64,000 bases of DNA from Chrysomallon squamiferum (Eukaryota; Animalia; Mollusca), in assembly GCA_012295275.1 (NCBI GenBank), contig CM022665.1, positions 28,210,001 to 28,274,000 on the forward strand, given 5' to 3'. The number at the start of each line of letters is the position of its first letter. Position 1 is the first letter of the stretch. The position numbers and the translations under genes are program-made. Under the pieces are notes generated by a model. It ran no database searches. It was not told the DNA's origin and saw nothing but the letters and a program-made list of their open reading frames with translations. Shown piece by piece: positions 14,045 to 37,801 of the stretch.

Positions 14045-17000
14045 TGTTTATTCTTATTTTTATTATTTTGGGAGTCAGTTTAAACTCTTTGAATGACAAA
14101 GTGAAATCAAATGTTGGTAAAAAGCTAAATTATTATATGGATAATAATTCCAATAATAACCATATTTAGCTAAAATAATAATTAAAACAAATTATTTAAT
14201 TTTCTGCTGTAATTTACAAATGAAAATCATTTCTTATATTTTTCTGTATATTTGCACTAGTCTTCAACACATGTGGTATAATAATGCCTTTTTAAAATGT
14301 TGTACTTGGACTGTATATAACTGTATTAATTCCATTCTAGGTGTATAATTCTAGACTGTTTGGGTACATTTATGCAAATAATATGTAATTCAAATACTTG
14401 TGTTATAAATTTTGTGTATTATGCAGTTTTAATTTAGCCTTTCGTAGGGGAAAGAACAGAATTGTATATGTCACTGTGAAAGTGTGTGTGTGTGTGTGTG
14501 TGAGATAACAGGAATGTTGTTTGGTAGAACATGAACAGTTTAAACCTTTCTTAGTTGCTTATTATATTTCTATTTAATACTGAATATTTTATTCTGATCT
14601 CTAGGCCAAATAAATTAATTTATTATTATATACTTTGTGAATTTCAGTATAATTATGGTAATTAATCTAAGTAAATACATGTAAAAAGAGATTTTGTTCT
14701 CATTATTAAAAGAGTAGGTTCATTCTCAAACTGAAAAAAATTTAAATCTGTATATTTACTGGAAATTATGCCCTGAGCACGGTGACACGACAACTGAAAG
14801 TTAACAGAAAAACATTTAGAATAAAAATTGTGATACATCTTGGAATAACTTATCCAAACTATGACACACACACAACACAAACATGTAAAAATGATGACAG
14901 TGATAATAAAAGGAGCTAAAAATAAGATTTAAATAAACTTGATATTCAGTAATTTGTAATAATGAAAAATATAGGATTTTGTTTTAAGAAATAATTATTG
15001 TCAAATATGATAAAGCATAAATAATATTTTAATTTTTAACAGTAAACTGCATAATCAATAGTGTTCTTTAATACCATTTATATTAGTTTCACGTTAGACA
15101 ATATCCTGGTGCAGTCAAGACATTCCTTTCTCTGTAGCGTTTTAATTTAGAAGTTTGTGTCTGGGTTTGCAGTGGTTGTATTTGTATATCAAAATAAAAT
15201 GTATACTCTTCTGCCTTACTACACTATACTGTATAAAATTACACTGGTGAATTTTTATTATATTTTTTGTTTTGTTACGTTACTTTAGTATCTGAGTTTG
15301 TGTGACCAGCTATACTAATTAAAGTATGTACCTGTGTACATGTATGTGTATAATGAGTTTGCATCATTGGCATTTAAAATGTATCGTTTATTATCAACAG
15401 ACTGTTGAAATGTTCTCACATGACATGTTATATAATGTTGTGGAATGGTATTTGATGATATGATTTATTGGCACCGGAATGCAATGTTTTTAAAGAAGAT
15501 GGAGGAGAAATTTAGTGTTTCAGAAATGCCAGAATTTACCTTTATATTTATAAATGTAAAATTGCCATTATGCACTGCCTGAAAAGCTTTTTTTTTTCCA
15601 TTTTGTTTGGATTGTTCATTTTTTTTATTTCAGTGCAATTTGAACAGTTTTCATTTTTTATTATTATGTATGGAAAAAAATAAAGACTGAAGCTTTTAAT
15701 ATATATATAGATACATTTTTGGGGGTTATTATTTTTCTTATCTTTGTATTCTTTTTAAATCAAAATTTAAAATCTGTAAATAAGTACTAAGTTGTGTATA
15801 TAGATATTAATGGCAAAATTAAAAAAAAAAAAAAAAAAAAAAATTATATTGGGCTTCTCTTTGTAATGAACAAAACCTAGTTACAGTTAAACCATCTTCA
15901 TTTGTTTTAACTTTAACATCATAACTGAAATGCCATAGATTTTGAATAGAAAAACCTTGATTTTAAAATTTGTTTACTCTGCATTTTTTATTATTGCTTT
16001 TATTCCGAAATGGTCAAGTGGTTTTTTTTAAGGCCAGTTTCCAAGAGAATTTAATTGTTTTGTACATGAGAAAACACATTATACTTGTGGTTATAAGCTT
16101 TTTAAATTAGTTACTGGAGGTGATGAGAATAACACAGTTATCTAGATAAGAGGCATTTTTTTTTCTTCTGTTTTTTTTTCTTCTGTTTTTTTTTATTTCT
16201 GCCATGGGGACATTCTGTTTCCATTCAAATTATACTTATTAACTCTTTTATTATTATTTATTTATTATTTATTTTTATTTTTTGTAGATGCTGCTACTGT
16301 TTTTATTTATGCATGTACAGGTTTACATTATTAGTATAACTTGAAAATTAATGTTTTATTTCTATTAATAGTGTATTTGATAATAGCGGTCCCAGAACAA
16401 CAAAACAATATCTTGCTTGAGATTTTACAATTCAGATTGTAAAAGTAAATAAAATTTGTTAAATTCTGATTTCAGAATGGAAGAAAGAGATACATTATAT
16501 ATATATATATTTTAATGGTATCTATTTCATTTTTAACATAGAAATATAAATAAAAATGATTACTTATTTACATATACATGTATGTTTATTTTTCAATATT
16601 ACATGTATTATTATTTTTTTGTTACTGTCTATGCACTTAGCACACTCAGCTCAGTTTTGTTCAGTTACTAGTAGCATGAATGTACATTATAGAAACCATT
16701 ATACAAATGAGTGATAGATTTGTGATATTAAAATAAAAAATAATGCAGACTATTTTGTTTGTTGTAAGCTTGTGTTCATTGCAGTTATGACCTAATTAAA
16801 TCAAATTTTAAACGTTTTCTCGTTTCTGTTGTTAATTTTTTATTTTTATATATATTTTTTGTCATTATTTTAAATTAAAGGGAAATATATATAATATATG
16901 TATGTATTATTATTATTATTTTTTGTGATAGCATAGTTACTGAACTTGTAGCAGTTTTCTATCTGAAATACCGTTAATACGTTTTTCATTTTGGTTAAAA

Positions 17001-18723
17001 AATGTATTGTTATGGCATGTTTATATTTATGGGGTTCTATAGCGCATTGAAAACGCAATAAGGTGTTATTCCGCAATAACGCGTCAGGCTCGACTCGAAG
17101 TAAAGCACTTCTAATGCGACGCTTAAGAAACCGGTTTTTATATCGGTTTCGATGCGCCGTATCCAAGGCGGGAAGGTTATCGCGCAATAAATAAGTAGTG
17201 TGACCCGCCTATCCCAATGACTCATCAACCACACATGCGTAGTAGTGCCTGTGAACCTTACTTCCGTTTTAGCGAATGTGTGTGTGCGGGGTGGGGAGTG
17301 TAGACAGTACACTGTCAATTTGTCAAATTTTATTATTATCAAAATCATAAAAAATAATAATCTATCATTGTTTCTCACGTTTCATTTCAGAAAATTAAAT
17401 CTGATTCTTTTTATGAACTCTCCCATTTTATTACTTCTAGGAGCTATCCAATTTTGATTTTAACTTGGGTGTTAAAAAGAAAATGATAAAAGGTAATAAA
17501 GCAGTTGAAATCGGCAACTGATTCTGTCTGTAACATTGATAGAGATCGTGTAAGGCGACACTTAAAAATTGTTTGGTTAATTATTTGGAAATAAAAAATT
17601 TGTGAATCTGATAAATTTGATTGTACGTATTATAATTGCTTTAATTTGAACCCATAATTAGTAATGGTTAGTTATTAAAGATGGATGTTCGCAAATAAAG
17701 TAGTTGTTGAAATACTTAGTACCAGATAACAAGGCCAGTTTTATAGATAGCATTTGCATAATGAGACATTAATATCTTTAGAAAAAAAAAATAAAAATTA
17801 TAATACAGACAACTGCTATCAAATTTTATAAAGAAAATAATAATCTGAAGCATAATATTCCCCCATTTGTGCCCATGCTCCAAAGACCAGAATTCACGCG
17901 GTTCGAATTCACTGTTTACGGCAAACATTCAGGACAAACTGGGCCCACCCATGAAAAAATTAGATGGAGCCAATATCTGGGGTAAAATGCATTATTGTTT
18001 CTATGTTTACACTGCGAATGGATAACTAATATGAGTATTTATCTAAGGGCTTACTGAGAGAACTGTACAGCCTTGAGTAATATAACCAACAGAAATAACC
18101 TTGTGTAGGTTACTATCGTCAACGTAAGTATCCTTTCACTGTTATCACTGACAGAAATGCTCTTGCATATAGATGAATACAAACCAAAAACTCAGAAACG
18201 TAATGATAATAACATAGTTTAATACAGATGAAAACAAATGTAAAGAAAACAATATGGCTTTGAAAATGGACGGTTGTTACTGGTTCCACCATGATCACAG
18301 TAAAGTTAACTAGTAATAATAAATGATCTGAAAATATACATAAGCAAAACGAATGTATACACATTAACTGTATAATATAGATCCTATAATATGTCAGACA
18401 GATAAATACAATAATTTTACACACACACGCACGCACGCACGCACACACACACTTATAAAGTAAACGTATGTTCCAAAACGGTAGATATTTCAATAGCATG
18501 TGTCATTTCCGAAATTCTACAACGAATTTACATTTCATTATAATTCAGCTTCGCACAGAAGAGTTTTATTTTAAAATACCAAATTATTTTGGCTCGAAAA
18601 TGACATTGCTGAATCAGTTCAGCTGGATATTGGTTACGTCAGATACATTTCAAACAACCTAATATCTATCATGAATTTGTGCCTGCTATTTTAAATATTT
18701 GATTATTATTATTATTATTATTA

Positions 18724-18769
<46 letters not shown>

Positions 18770-19354
18770 AAAAAAGAAATAAAAGGAGTACAGTAATAAT
18801 CACATTTGTATAGGTATATATAAAAAAGGTTTTTTTTTCAGTAATATTTATTGTTTCTCCAATATAATTATTATTATTATTGTTATTATGATTATATTAT
18901 TATTATACTATTGTTGTTATTTAACTGAGGTCGTGGATCCACAGCCAAATCGATTGAAGTCCTTATGCTTACGTAGATCTTATTATGTTAGTACTGCTTG
19001 TAATATTCAGACCATGACTGACGACCATGTATAAATGTGGATGAATAATAATATTGTGATGACGCATTACACCCCTATAACCTTTTTTCGCCGCCAGATA
19101 CCCCCCCCCCCACACACCCTGTAGTAAACGTTACTTGGTTAACGACGGCGCGGATCTTCCCCGATGAACTCGAGAGTTCGCTAAAGTAAGAGCAGTGTCA
19201 TGATCTGGAAAACTAGATAATATGAAAATCTTATTATGAGTTAAAGCCACAGCACTTTGTAAATACGTAATAATCGTAATTATGTTTATAAAATAAAATA
19301 AAATAAATAATAAACATAAATGTAAAATTAAATCACAAAATAAACATTAATAAT

Positions 19355-19393
<39 letters not shown>

Positions 19394-19663
19394 TCATTAA
19401 ATAATTATAAATATAAATATTATCATTGAAATAATGCAATATCAATTTAAAAAAAGGAAATAAATAAATAAAAATAAAAACGAAAAGTACATCTACTGAA
19501 AGATTTAAAAATAAAATAAAAGTGAAAAAAAAAAAAAAAAAAAAAAGAAAAGAACCAAGGATGGAAAGGCTAAAAAGAGTGTAAGAGAAAGAAAACGGTC
19601 TATTTCCAGATTTCCGCTTCCTTCACATAAGAAAGTCGTTTTCCTGAGTAACTTGATACAAGC

Positions 19664-28709
<9,046 letters not shown>

Positions 28710-28970
28710 TTTTTTTCCTTTTTCTTAAATACTGTCTATCTATCTATCTTTCTTCTTTTGGAGGTTAAGAAAATATGTCAAATATATTAGTTCCAAGTAT
28801 TATTTGCTAAGCCATTTTCCTCATTCAAAGAAACAATACAGTTTAATAAACATCCTATAATTTATGTAAGAACTAAACCATCCATTTTCAGGCTTCCACA
28901 CAACTTCGATACTGTTACCTTCTAGAGCCGTTTAACCTTTCTGCAAAAAATAAAAATAAAAATAAAAATA

Positions 28971-29033
<63 letters not shown>

Positions 29034-32000
29034 AAGAAGAAGAAGAAGAAGAAATAATACAAAAAGAATAACATTAAAGATAATGGATAAAATTTGAAAT
29101 TATAATTAATACCACAGGTTTTTTTTCTTTCTTACAACACATTTTACATTCTGCAATGCATTATTAGTTTTCAAAGTCCACAAATGCATTGCGGACCAGT
29201 AATATAACGAATGATCAAGGTTTTCAGAAACATACACGAATAATGTCCGTTTAGTCAGATATCACTGTCTAAAGCTTCATGTCTACGAAAATAGAATGCT
29301 TAGGATTACTTCACTACAGAAGATCGTATTTTATATTAAGAGTGTGATCTGCTGAGATTTACAGATTATGCAGCTTTACAAACGAAAATCTGGTTAAGAG
29401 GGTACACCTGTAAAATATGATAATGCAACAGAAAGGAGATTTATATGTGTACGGATTGTGTTTTGCGTGTTTTTCAAATTACTTTTATGCCAAGATTTGT
29501 GATGGCGGTGATGGTAGTAGTAGTAATAGTAGTAAAGTATTAGAAATATCAATAATAACAACACTAACACAACAATAATAACAACACTAACACAACAATA
29601 ATAACAACGACAACGATAACAAAAAATAAATAAATAAAACAAAGTTATAAAGTACTGCGAAATTAATAACAGTGTTCCAACAATAAAGGAAAAATAAAAA
29701 ATAAAATAAAAAATCAAACTTCGAGAAACCAAAAATAAGACAAAAATGCACTGTATACTTACTCTTTCTTTTTTTTTCATGCCTGCATATATTTCAAAAG
29801 AACTTTCACTTGCAGAAAAAAGTTTATAAGTAAATATACGGCATTTTACGTGAATTTAAAGGGGGTCATCTCCATTTCAGCACCATATTTCATTAGCTGA
29901 TCCTTTATGGTCGGATTGGACTGTATTTGTTTCGTTCTTGCCATGCCGTCTAGCAGAGTGAAAATATTGTATGATAAGATTGCATTTCTTAATGTGAAAA
30001 ACAGCAATGAAACATAAACGGCATAGGGCTGATATTGAAACCGATAGATTAAAACGTGAATGAAAGTAAATCAAGCAAAGTGTTTATTGTCCATAACACT
30101 GAGGAGGGGTCTGATGCCGGCACAGACAGGCAAACTGAACGAACAATGAAAATAATAAGAACACAAAGAACAAGTATCTGGTGAAAATCTATTAAAATCG
30201 ACTTTGCCCTCCCACTCTCTGACATAGAGCTGATTTACCATACAAACACAGACCACGAGAAAACCACCTTTGATATGTACCAACGCACTGCTACATACAA
30301 AACTAATTGGAAATAATTTTGGTAATACTCATTTCTGTTGAAAATCGATTTAAATAGAAAATTCCCTCCCTCTGTCTGACGTATGGTACTATGCTAATAC
30401 AGAATTGTGGATTATGGAAAAACACATTTAATATGTAGTAGTACAAAATGATTTTCTTTATTATTATTGATTTTCTTTATCATTATTTTTTTTTTTCTGC
30501 TGAGAACATATTAAAATCAATTTGTCATTCCTCTACCTCAATTCATATGCAACAGAAACCTACCCTCATGGTAAAACCTATTTGCTATACGCTAATATTA
30601 CATACCGCTGCAGTAAATTATTATTATTATTATTATTAATATATTACAACATCTTCAGCATACAAATATCATATTTATCACACACATATTATACTTTTTA
30701 TTTATTATTATTTTTACTGGAGTGAAAAGACTTAGGAACATACAAAGAAACTATCTCCAATTTTTCATTCTGTACGATATCAGATAGCATCTAGAATGAA
30801 AGGTTTTAATTATAAGGAAAATTAAGTTGAAAATAAATTGCGAAACAGAATCAAACGAGAAGAAACGTTGCTAGGTGGAGAGACATTTTGCGTACATTTC
30901 AATGAACTGAACGTTTAAGGCGCAAATGTGGAAGTCGTATTAAATAAGCCCAATAAATTTAATAGTTCTTCAGCATGTTTACATATTTATTGCCTTAGAA
31001 AAATATTAAATAATAAGACTTTTACAGACATCCAGTAAATCTCATGTTTCCGTATTAAAAATGACAAATATTTCATAAATCATTTTTTGTTTGTTCTTTC
31101 TTAAGGCTTTCAGAGAGCCATTTTAAAATGATTTAAAACTATTTTTTAATGGAGCATTGAAAACCACTCTTACGTTTCTGGTGTATGGTGATGGTACCGA
31201 ACCGTGAGAATAGGCTATTCAAGTACAAGCACGGCTGATAAATGTAGTTTCCTTTTTAAAATAAAAAAATGTCTAATCACTACAGAACAATTTTGTCAAC
31301 CCACTTTTGGAACAGGATTAAAGAATAACAATAAGTGAAAACCTAGATTTCAAATTAAAATACACATACCTTTGTTTAAATTGTATTACCTAAAAAGAAG
31401 TATACTGAACTGTGGGATCTTAGTGTCAGGTTTTGCTTTTGAGCCATACCCTGTATCTCACGCTCCATCGAGTACATTGCTGTCTGTCATATTGAATGAT
31501 TGTTACGGCTGTACCATACACAAAGGCCAGCTTGATATGCAGGAAACATAAAGAACTGAATTCGAAGAAGGGCCGAGGATTTGGAAGACGTCCAAAGGAA
31601 ATAACTTTGTGCCAAGTCAGTGGCAATAACGTCTCCAGCGACACGCCATATCTCGATGGTTATCACATTAGTTGGTTACAGTAGGTGTGATTATACGCTA
31701 AAAAAAAGTCTCAGTTTAATTACATTTTTAAATATACACAAACTAGCTTATTTTATAAACAGTAAAAGACAACAAACAAAACAGTTAGTTGAAATGATAT
31801 TTGAACACTGACGCATAGCCAAACACACAGCCACATGGACACACGCACATACAAGCGATACAACGTATACAGTTACAACACACAAAACACACACACACAA
31901 ACACACACTACAGAGACAGATATATCTAAGGTATTAATACAAAATAAAAAAAAAAAAAAAAAGGTGCAATAAATGTTTGACAGTTGCAATATATTATTTT

Positions 32001-33350
32001 CTCGTTTAATTACATGTTGCTTTTAAAATAAATTAATTTAATTTATTTTGATATGGTGATATACACAAAGGACAAATAAAAAAGTAAAGTAAAGTAAATA
32101 ACGAGCAAACTGAAAAAAAAAGAGATAAATTAAAAAAAAAAAAAAAAAAAACTAGCTTTTTTCAAACATGCATTTAAACATTTTTTAAACTTAAGTAAGT
32201 TAATTTAATAGGCAGTGAAGGAACTAAAGAAACATTTAATAACCATGTACATACATACATACATACATTAATACATACATATACATACCTTTCATCCAAA
32301 CATACGTATTTAAACACACACCACATACACATAGACACGCTCAGACACAAACACATATAATGTCAAATTAAAAGCAGTGTTAAGAGTTATACAGAAACAA
32401 AAAAAAAAAAAAATTCCAGAAAGGTAATAATTACTCTTTCTAAATCATAAAAAAAAGAGGTAGATACCATGACATATTTTAATTTATGAACAACAGTTAA
32501 CATTCAACACATATGAATCACTGAAATGGAAATTATTTTAAGGGCAAAAAGTTACTGCGAGTTAAAAAGCCTATACAGCAGTAAGCCATACTTTCTTAAT
32601 CAGTGTGACCAACTACAGAACGATCTCTAAATACTTTTGTATATAATAATAAATAATAACAACTACAACAAAAACAACAGCAACAGCAACGACAGAAACT
32701 ATTACGACAGCAACAAATAATAATTAATAATATTATGAAGATGATGTTTATAAAAATGGAAATGATGAAGATGAAGCTGATTATGATAATACGATTTTAA
32801 TAAGTAACTTTATTCAAGATAAGATAGAGAAAAAAAATTTATATAACTTACAAATTTTAAAAATTGTATTTATGATTAAATATTTCTCCACGTTCAAACA
32901 CGCGCGCGCACACACACATACACTCTCAAACTTACATAAAGACATTTAATCATATAGAGACACAATCATAATTATAAACTGAAATTAAGTTGTATATTTA
33001 TAACATTTAAACGAACTGAAACTAGTTTTAAGCATAGACACACACACAACACACAACGCACACCATACGTATTTCAAATACGTATGTGCCTTGTCAGTCT
33101 CTTAAATATCCCATCGATACAAACATTAACAAACAGCAAATAGTTACACAAGTTGCATTTAAAGTGTGCCAGTGGCAGCACGAATAGATGCGTACAGAGA
33201 TTCTTTATACTTTGAAATTATTATTCTCTTGTTGTTAATGACCTATCATTGTTAGTAGCAACAAAACAGTACTTTTGAAAAACATTAGAACAACGCCATT
33301 TTACCCATTCACAAATAACATTGTGACATCATCACGTAGGCCTACATGGC

Positions 33351-33494
33351 GGACAGATAACTTTATTTTTATTTTTTTTAATTGTTTGTTTTTAAGTATG
33401 AAGAAACTTAATAGCAAATAAATGGACAGATAACTTTATTTTTTATTTTTTTTATTTTTTTTTTAGTATGAAGAAACTTAATAGCAAATAAATG
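33351..33494. repeat. Tandem duplication of an ~72-bp unit
   Basis: GGACAGATAACTTTATTTTT...AGTATGAAGAAACTTAATAGCAAATAAATG occurs twice head-to-tail. Confidence 0.85.
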
Positions 33495-34729
33495 TCTTTG
33501 TATCCAGTGACGTCACGACTACAGACATGATGGATGAGTTTTTTTTAACTGTTCTCTTTAATTATTATACTTCATTACCTACTGAGATTAGATGATACAA
33601 ATTAGATAAATCATTACTTGAAAATAAGCAAGATATGCTTAGACTATTTCACCAGACGTAGAGTTAAAACTGAAGAAAAGTAATATAATTTAATCGACAA
33701 ATCAGTTGGCAGTAGCTATTTAAAATTAGACTACATGTTATACTCAGCTTTAAGCTGGACAAGTTAACACTTTTTAGAAGTTAGATATCAATAACCAAGA
33801 AATTTATAAAACCAGCTTTGTGTGTGTGTGTGTGTTTGAATGTATGTATACATGCTTGTCTCTTCTGCTAAACATGCATATTTTCAGGATTTATCCTTTA
33901 ATTTTTCATTTTTTTCTTTCGTTTTTTCTTCTTTCTTCTTCTTCGTCTCATTCTTATTTTTTTTTTTTTTTTTTATTTTTCATTATTTTTATTATTATTA
34001 TTATTTTTAAAATTTTAAACTATTTTCTGCCTTTATATTAACATTTACTTTTAGATTTCTACAGCGAACGGTATTTGTCTAGAGATTACTCACACAAACA
34101 AACTGAACTGACTAGCGACAAGCTAAGAATGTACAAGTTTCACGTACAGTCATCTCACACATACATTACAGTGAAATCACAGGAACATCTAACACCCGAA
34201 TATAGCTGTACTGAAATGTAATATTTCACTTTAGAATAATTTTGTTTATTTTCTGCAAAAAGATAACAATTTTGAAGTCACAGTGACTCTGTAAGTTTAC
34301 CGGTAACTGTAATTTTAAACCCGTGTGTTTTAAATATTTAAAAAAAAAAAAAAAAAAAAGTAAAGGAAAAAAAAAAAAATAATAAAAGTTTTATTATCGT
34401 GAAAATAACGGATAAAATTTACCTATTATGAATAATGTAGTAATTCGAACTCGGCGTTGACTTGTTTATTTAAAATATAAAATTATAAATATGTATGTGG
34501 AGGTTGTTTTCATTACAGTTATTTCTTTTTAGAAGAAATATTATGACAGAAATAAAATATCGAGGGGTAAAAAAAAAAAAAAAACCCAAAAAGACAAACA
34601 ACAACACAACAACAACCACCTACCCAACCAATCAACAAGTAAACAAAAAAAAAAAAATATATATATATGTATGTTTAACTATCTGTCATTCTATCAAACT
34701 GTATATTTCTCATTCATTACATCAACCTG

Positions 34730-34776
<47 letters not shown>

Positions 34777-35238
34777 CTCTCTCTCTGTCTGTCTGTCTTT
34801 CTTTCTTTCTACCTAACTATATGTCTGAATGTCTGTCAGTCAGTCTGCCTATCTATATATCTATATCTATCTACCTACCTATCTATCTAAAATAAATTGT
34901 CTACAGTTGTACTAACACCTACCTAAACGTTGCCCATTCATTTTAGATATTTCCATAACGGCGAACTACTAAAAGTGCACATTAAGTGGCCACACACAAC
35001 CAACGACTGTCGTGTCGGCTGCTCGTTGTCACGTGCTTGTCGCGTATCGCCTGCTCGAGGAACAGGGGAACAAAAAACAGCGAGGCGTTGTAAAATAGAT
35101 TCTAATCTATTGATTATTGAACCGATGTAAGTGGGTATCGCACACTACATACCAGAAATTCGAAACACTGTTGGAGCTGGGCCACACTTTACGAGGTCTG
35201 CGGGCACTGATAACACAAAAAGAAAATGTCAGACTTAC

Positions 35239-35310
35239 CAGTCGATCACTCATGGGGAAAATTAAATTGGTCCAACGCAGTTTGACAAAACACCGAGACG
35301 CATTTATATC
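35239..35310 (-). promoter_or_regulatory. Candidate TATA promoter and non-coding first exon of the 7TM-pseudokinase gene
   Basis: TATAAA on the minus strand at 35308-35303 and a consensus donor TG|GTAAGT at 35239/35238, in a CpG-rich patch. A polypyrimidine acceptor (ttttttgcag) at 28941 precedes the ATG exon. Confidence 0.4.
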
Positions 35311-37764
35311 AATATTCGAAGCGAATCGATACAAACGTTTTTCTAGTCAAATTAAATATGTGAAATAGAAATAATAATTCGAATATGTTATTATCAGTTC
35401 TTTTATGAAGATTTCTTTTCTTATCTGTACGCTATCTAGATATTTTTGTTTAATATATCAAGTTATTTAATTATTCATTCTCGTGACAAACGTAATTTAC
35501 TTTTTATGTCATTATTATTTATTAATTCATTTATATAAAACCATTATATAAATATTTGTCTTTATTGTAAGTATAAAATGAACAGTATTATATTGCTGTC
35601 ATCACCATCAATTTGTTTGTGTATCAATAATAATAATAATTATAATTATATTAACAGTATGATGATGATAACGATGATGTTTTGTCGTTATTCGAGAGTC
35701 TAGTTCTGTTGTAATCTTAGCTTCATTAAACAGAAAAGAATGAAACCATAAAAAAAAAAAAAAAAAAAAAACAGAAGTTATTATGCAAAGGAACATGAAA
35801 AACATTTCAGCTAATGTAAAATGTTAATAAAACTCGGCAACGTGAATGTGGAAACGAAGGAACTATTCAAGTCTTAATGACGTCCTAACAATAAGAACAA
35901 AACAACATCACCAACACCAAAGTACTGAGATACTTTAAAGGTAGCTCATGAAAGAAATAACTAAAAATAAACGATTGAACCAATGCTCAAAAAGCATCCC
36001 AGAATAACAAAAACTTTGACTTCTGAGAAAGAAATAAAAATTTAAAAAAAGCTCGTATAGAATCACTGTGTAATGTCATATGTAAATGTAATGCTTGTTT
36101 GGTGTTTTTATTTGCAAAATGAAATCTGTGGTTTATTATGTGATTCTCGGTGCTATGGACGTACTGCGTGTAATCGCCATAGTTAAATAAATCTGTTTTG
36201 AAAAGACTGAATGATAACAGATAACAAAAGATATCAATTACGATTTACTTTAATGAAGGTCCGGCTTCTTTCTTCAAATACAGTTACGGTATTACGGTAG
36301 AACAGTTGATAATCTAGTCGTATAGCATAGCTAGAACGGGATATAGCCCGGTAGGCAGGCAGGTCATGGACTAACATTAATACTTAGAGTTAGAAGGCAC
36401 CAAGGACAGTTAATCTAAATTTTGGCACAAAATCGAATTGCCACAGAGCAACAACGTATAAGCATTGATAGGTTTACTATTCAGTGACAAAGAAGAATGA
36501 ACAAATCACATTGAAACGTGTGTAAAGCGGCTTCTGTCCGTGATTTCTGTACTTAGGAAAATAATAATAATAATAAAAAAAGCTCACTGTGGTGTGACAT
36601 GTATAGCTGCTTCAACTCGACGCATCAGCTACATGTATATTGACAATATGTTTTTGTACCCGTGTGTTTTTCTGTATTTTTTGTGGGTTTTTTAATATAT
36701 ATATTAATGTTTACTTTCTTCAGATATTAGTTTTTTCTTGCAAAGGTGAGAATACCAGTTTGCAGAGAGGCTCTGTCTAGCTGCAATCAGCATTCGACCT
36801 GACTAGGATGAAGCTGGTATCTTAAGATAGCAAGCAGTTATTTCTTTTTTCCTTGCAGTTCTTAATAATTAAACAATGAAATTAAATTAACTGTTTTATG
36901 TCTCAGCTCACCGCTCTCGAGAGTAACAGATTCACGCGTATTGATTTCGTTTTCGCCTTCAACAACTAAACAAAACAGTTTTTAAATAACAACAACTTAT
37001 TCGTTATTTTTAGAATAAAAACCGTTCTCAAAATAGTCTTTTAAGATCTAAAAAAGTAACTTTTAACACTATATATATATATAAATAAAACAGGTACTTT
37101 ATCGAAGTAAATCCATCATCATATTTTGCCAGTATCATTAGAATATTCAAGTGTATCTAACTCTATTTTATATGCTTTTAAAGCAATATATTCTTTTTAA
37201 TTTAATTTTTTTTTAAAGTGACTAATAAATATATATTCGCATTTCTAATTAAAACGTACCTTCTTTCCTCATGAACAGATAATAATTACGGGCAAACAAA
37301 GAACAACAGTTCCCTGTATACTTTTAGGAACGATTACAGACACCGTTAAAGTGGTAAAGATATTTAAGTTTACATTCTGGCACAAAGTCAGTATAAGATT
37401 TAAATGACACGCTGTGAATTATAGAAGGTCAGACCTGGACTCTTATGGCACCAACAAATCCAAGTGTTCATGTCAACATTTGAAACAACGTAAACTGGGA
37501 ACCTGGCGCCGTGCCATGCCCAACCGTAATAAAGTTTATTGTCAACACTGACTTCGGTAAATTGATTCAATTAATACAGCTATCGAACTGCAGATACGTG
37601 ATGGAATTATCAATTTGGGACTTTAACGATAATCACAAAGTTTACACGTATTACAAAACGAAGTACTAAAACAAAGTTTTCGTGTGTAGAAGATCGTGCG
37701 AATGGTCTTGTATGTTTGTAACGTGGGTAAATATTTTGTATAATACATGATTTTTTAAAGCTTT

Positions 37765-37801
<37 letters not shown>

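Noticed and set aside
29394-35805. Short ORFs upstream of the 7TM exon as ectodomain exons
   Set aside because: Low-complexity or featureless peptides; no LRR, LDLa or signal-peptide pattern.
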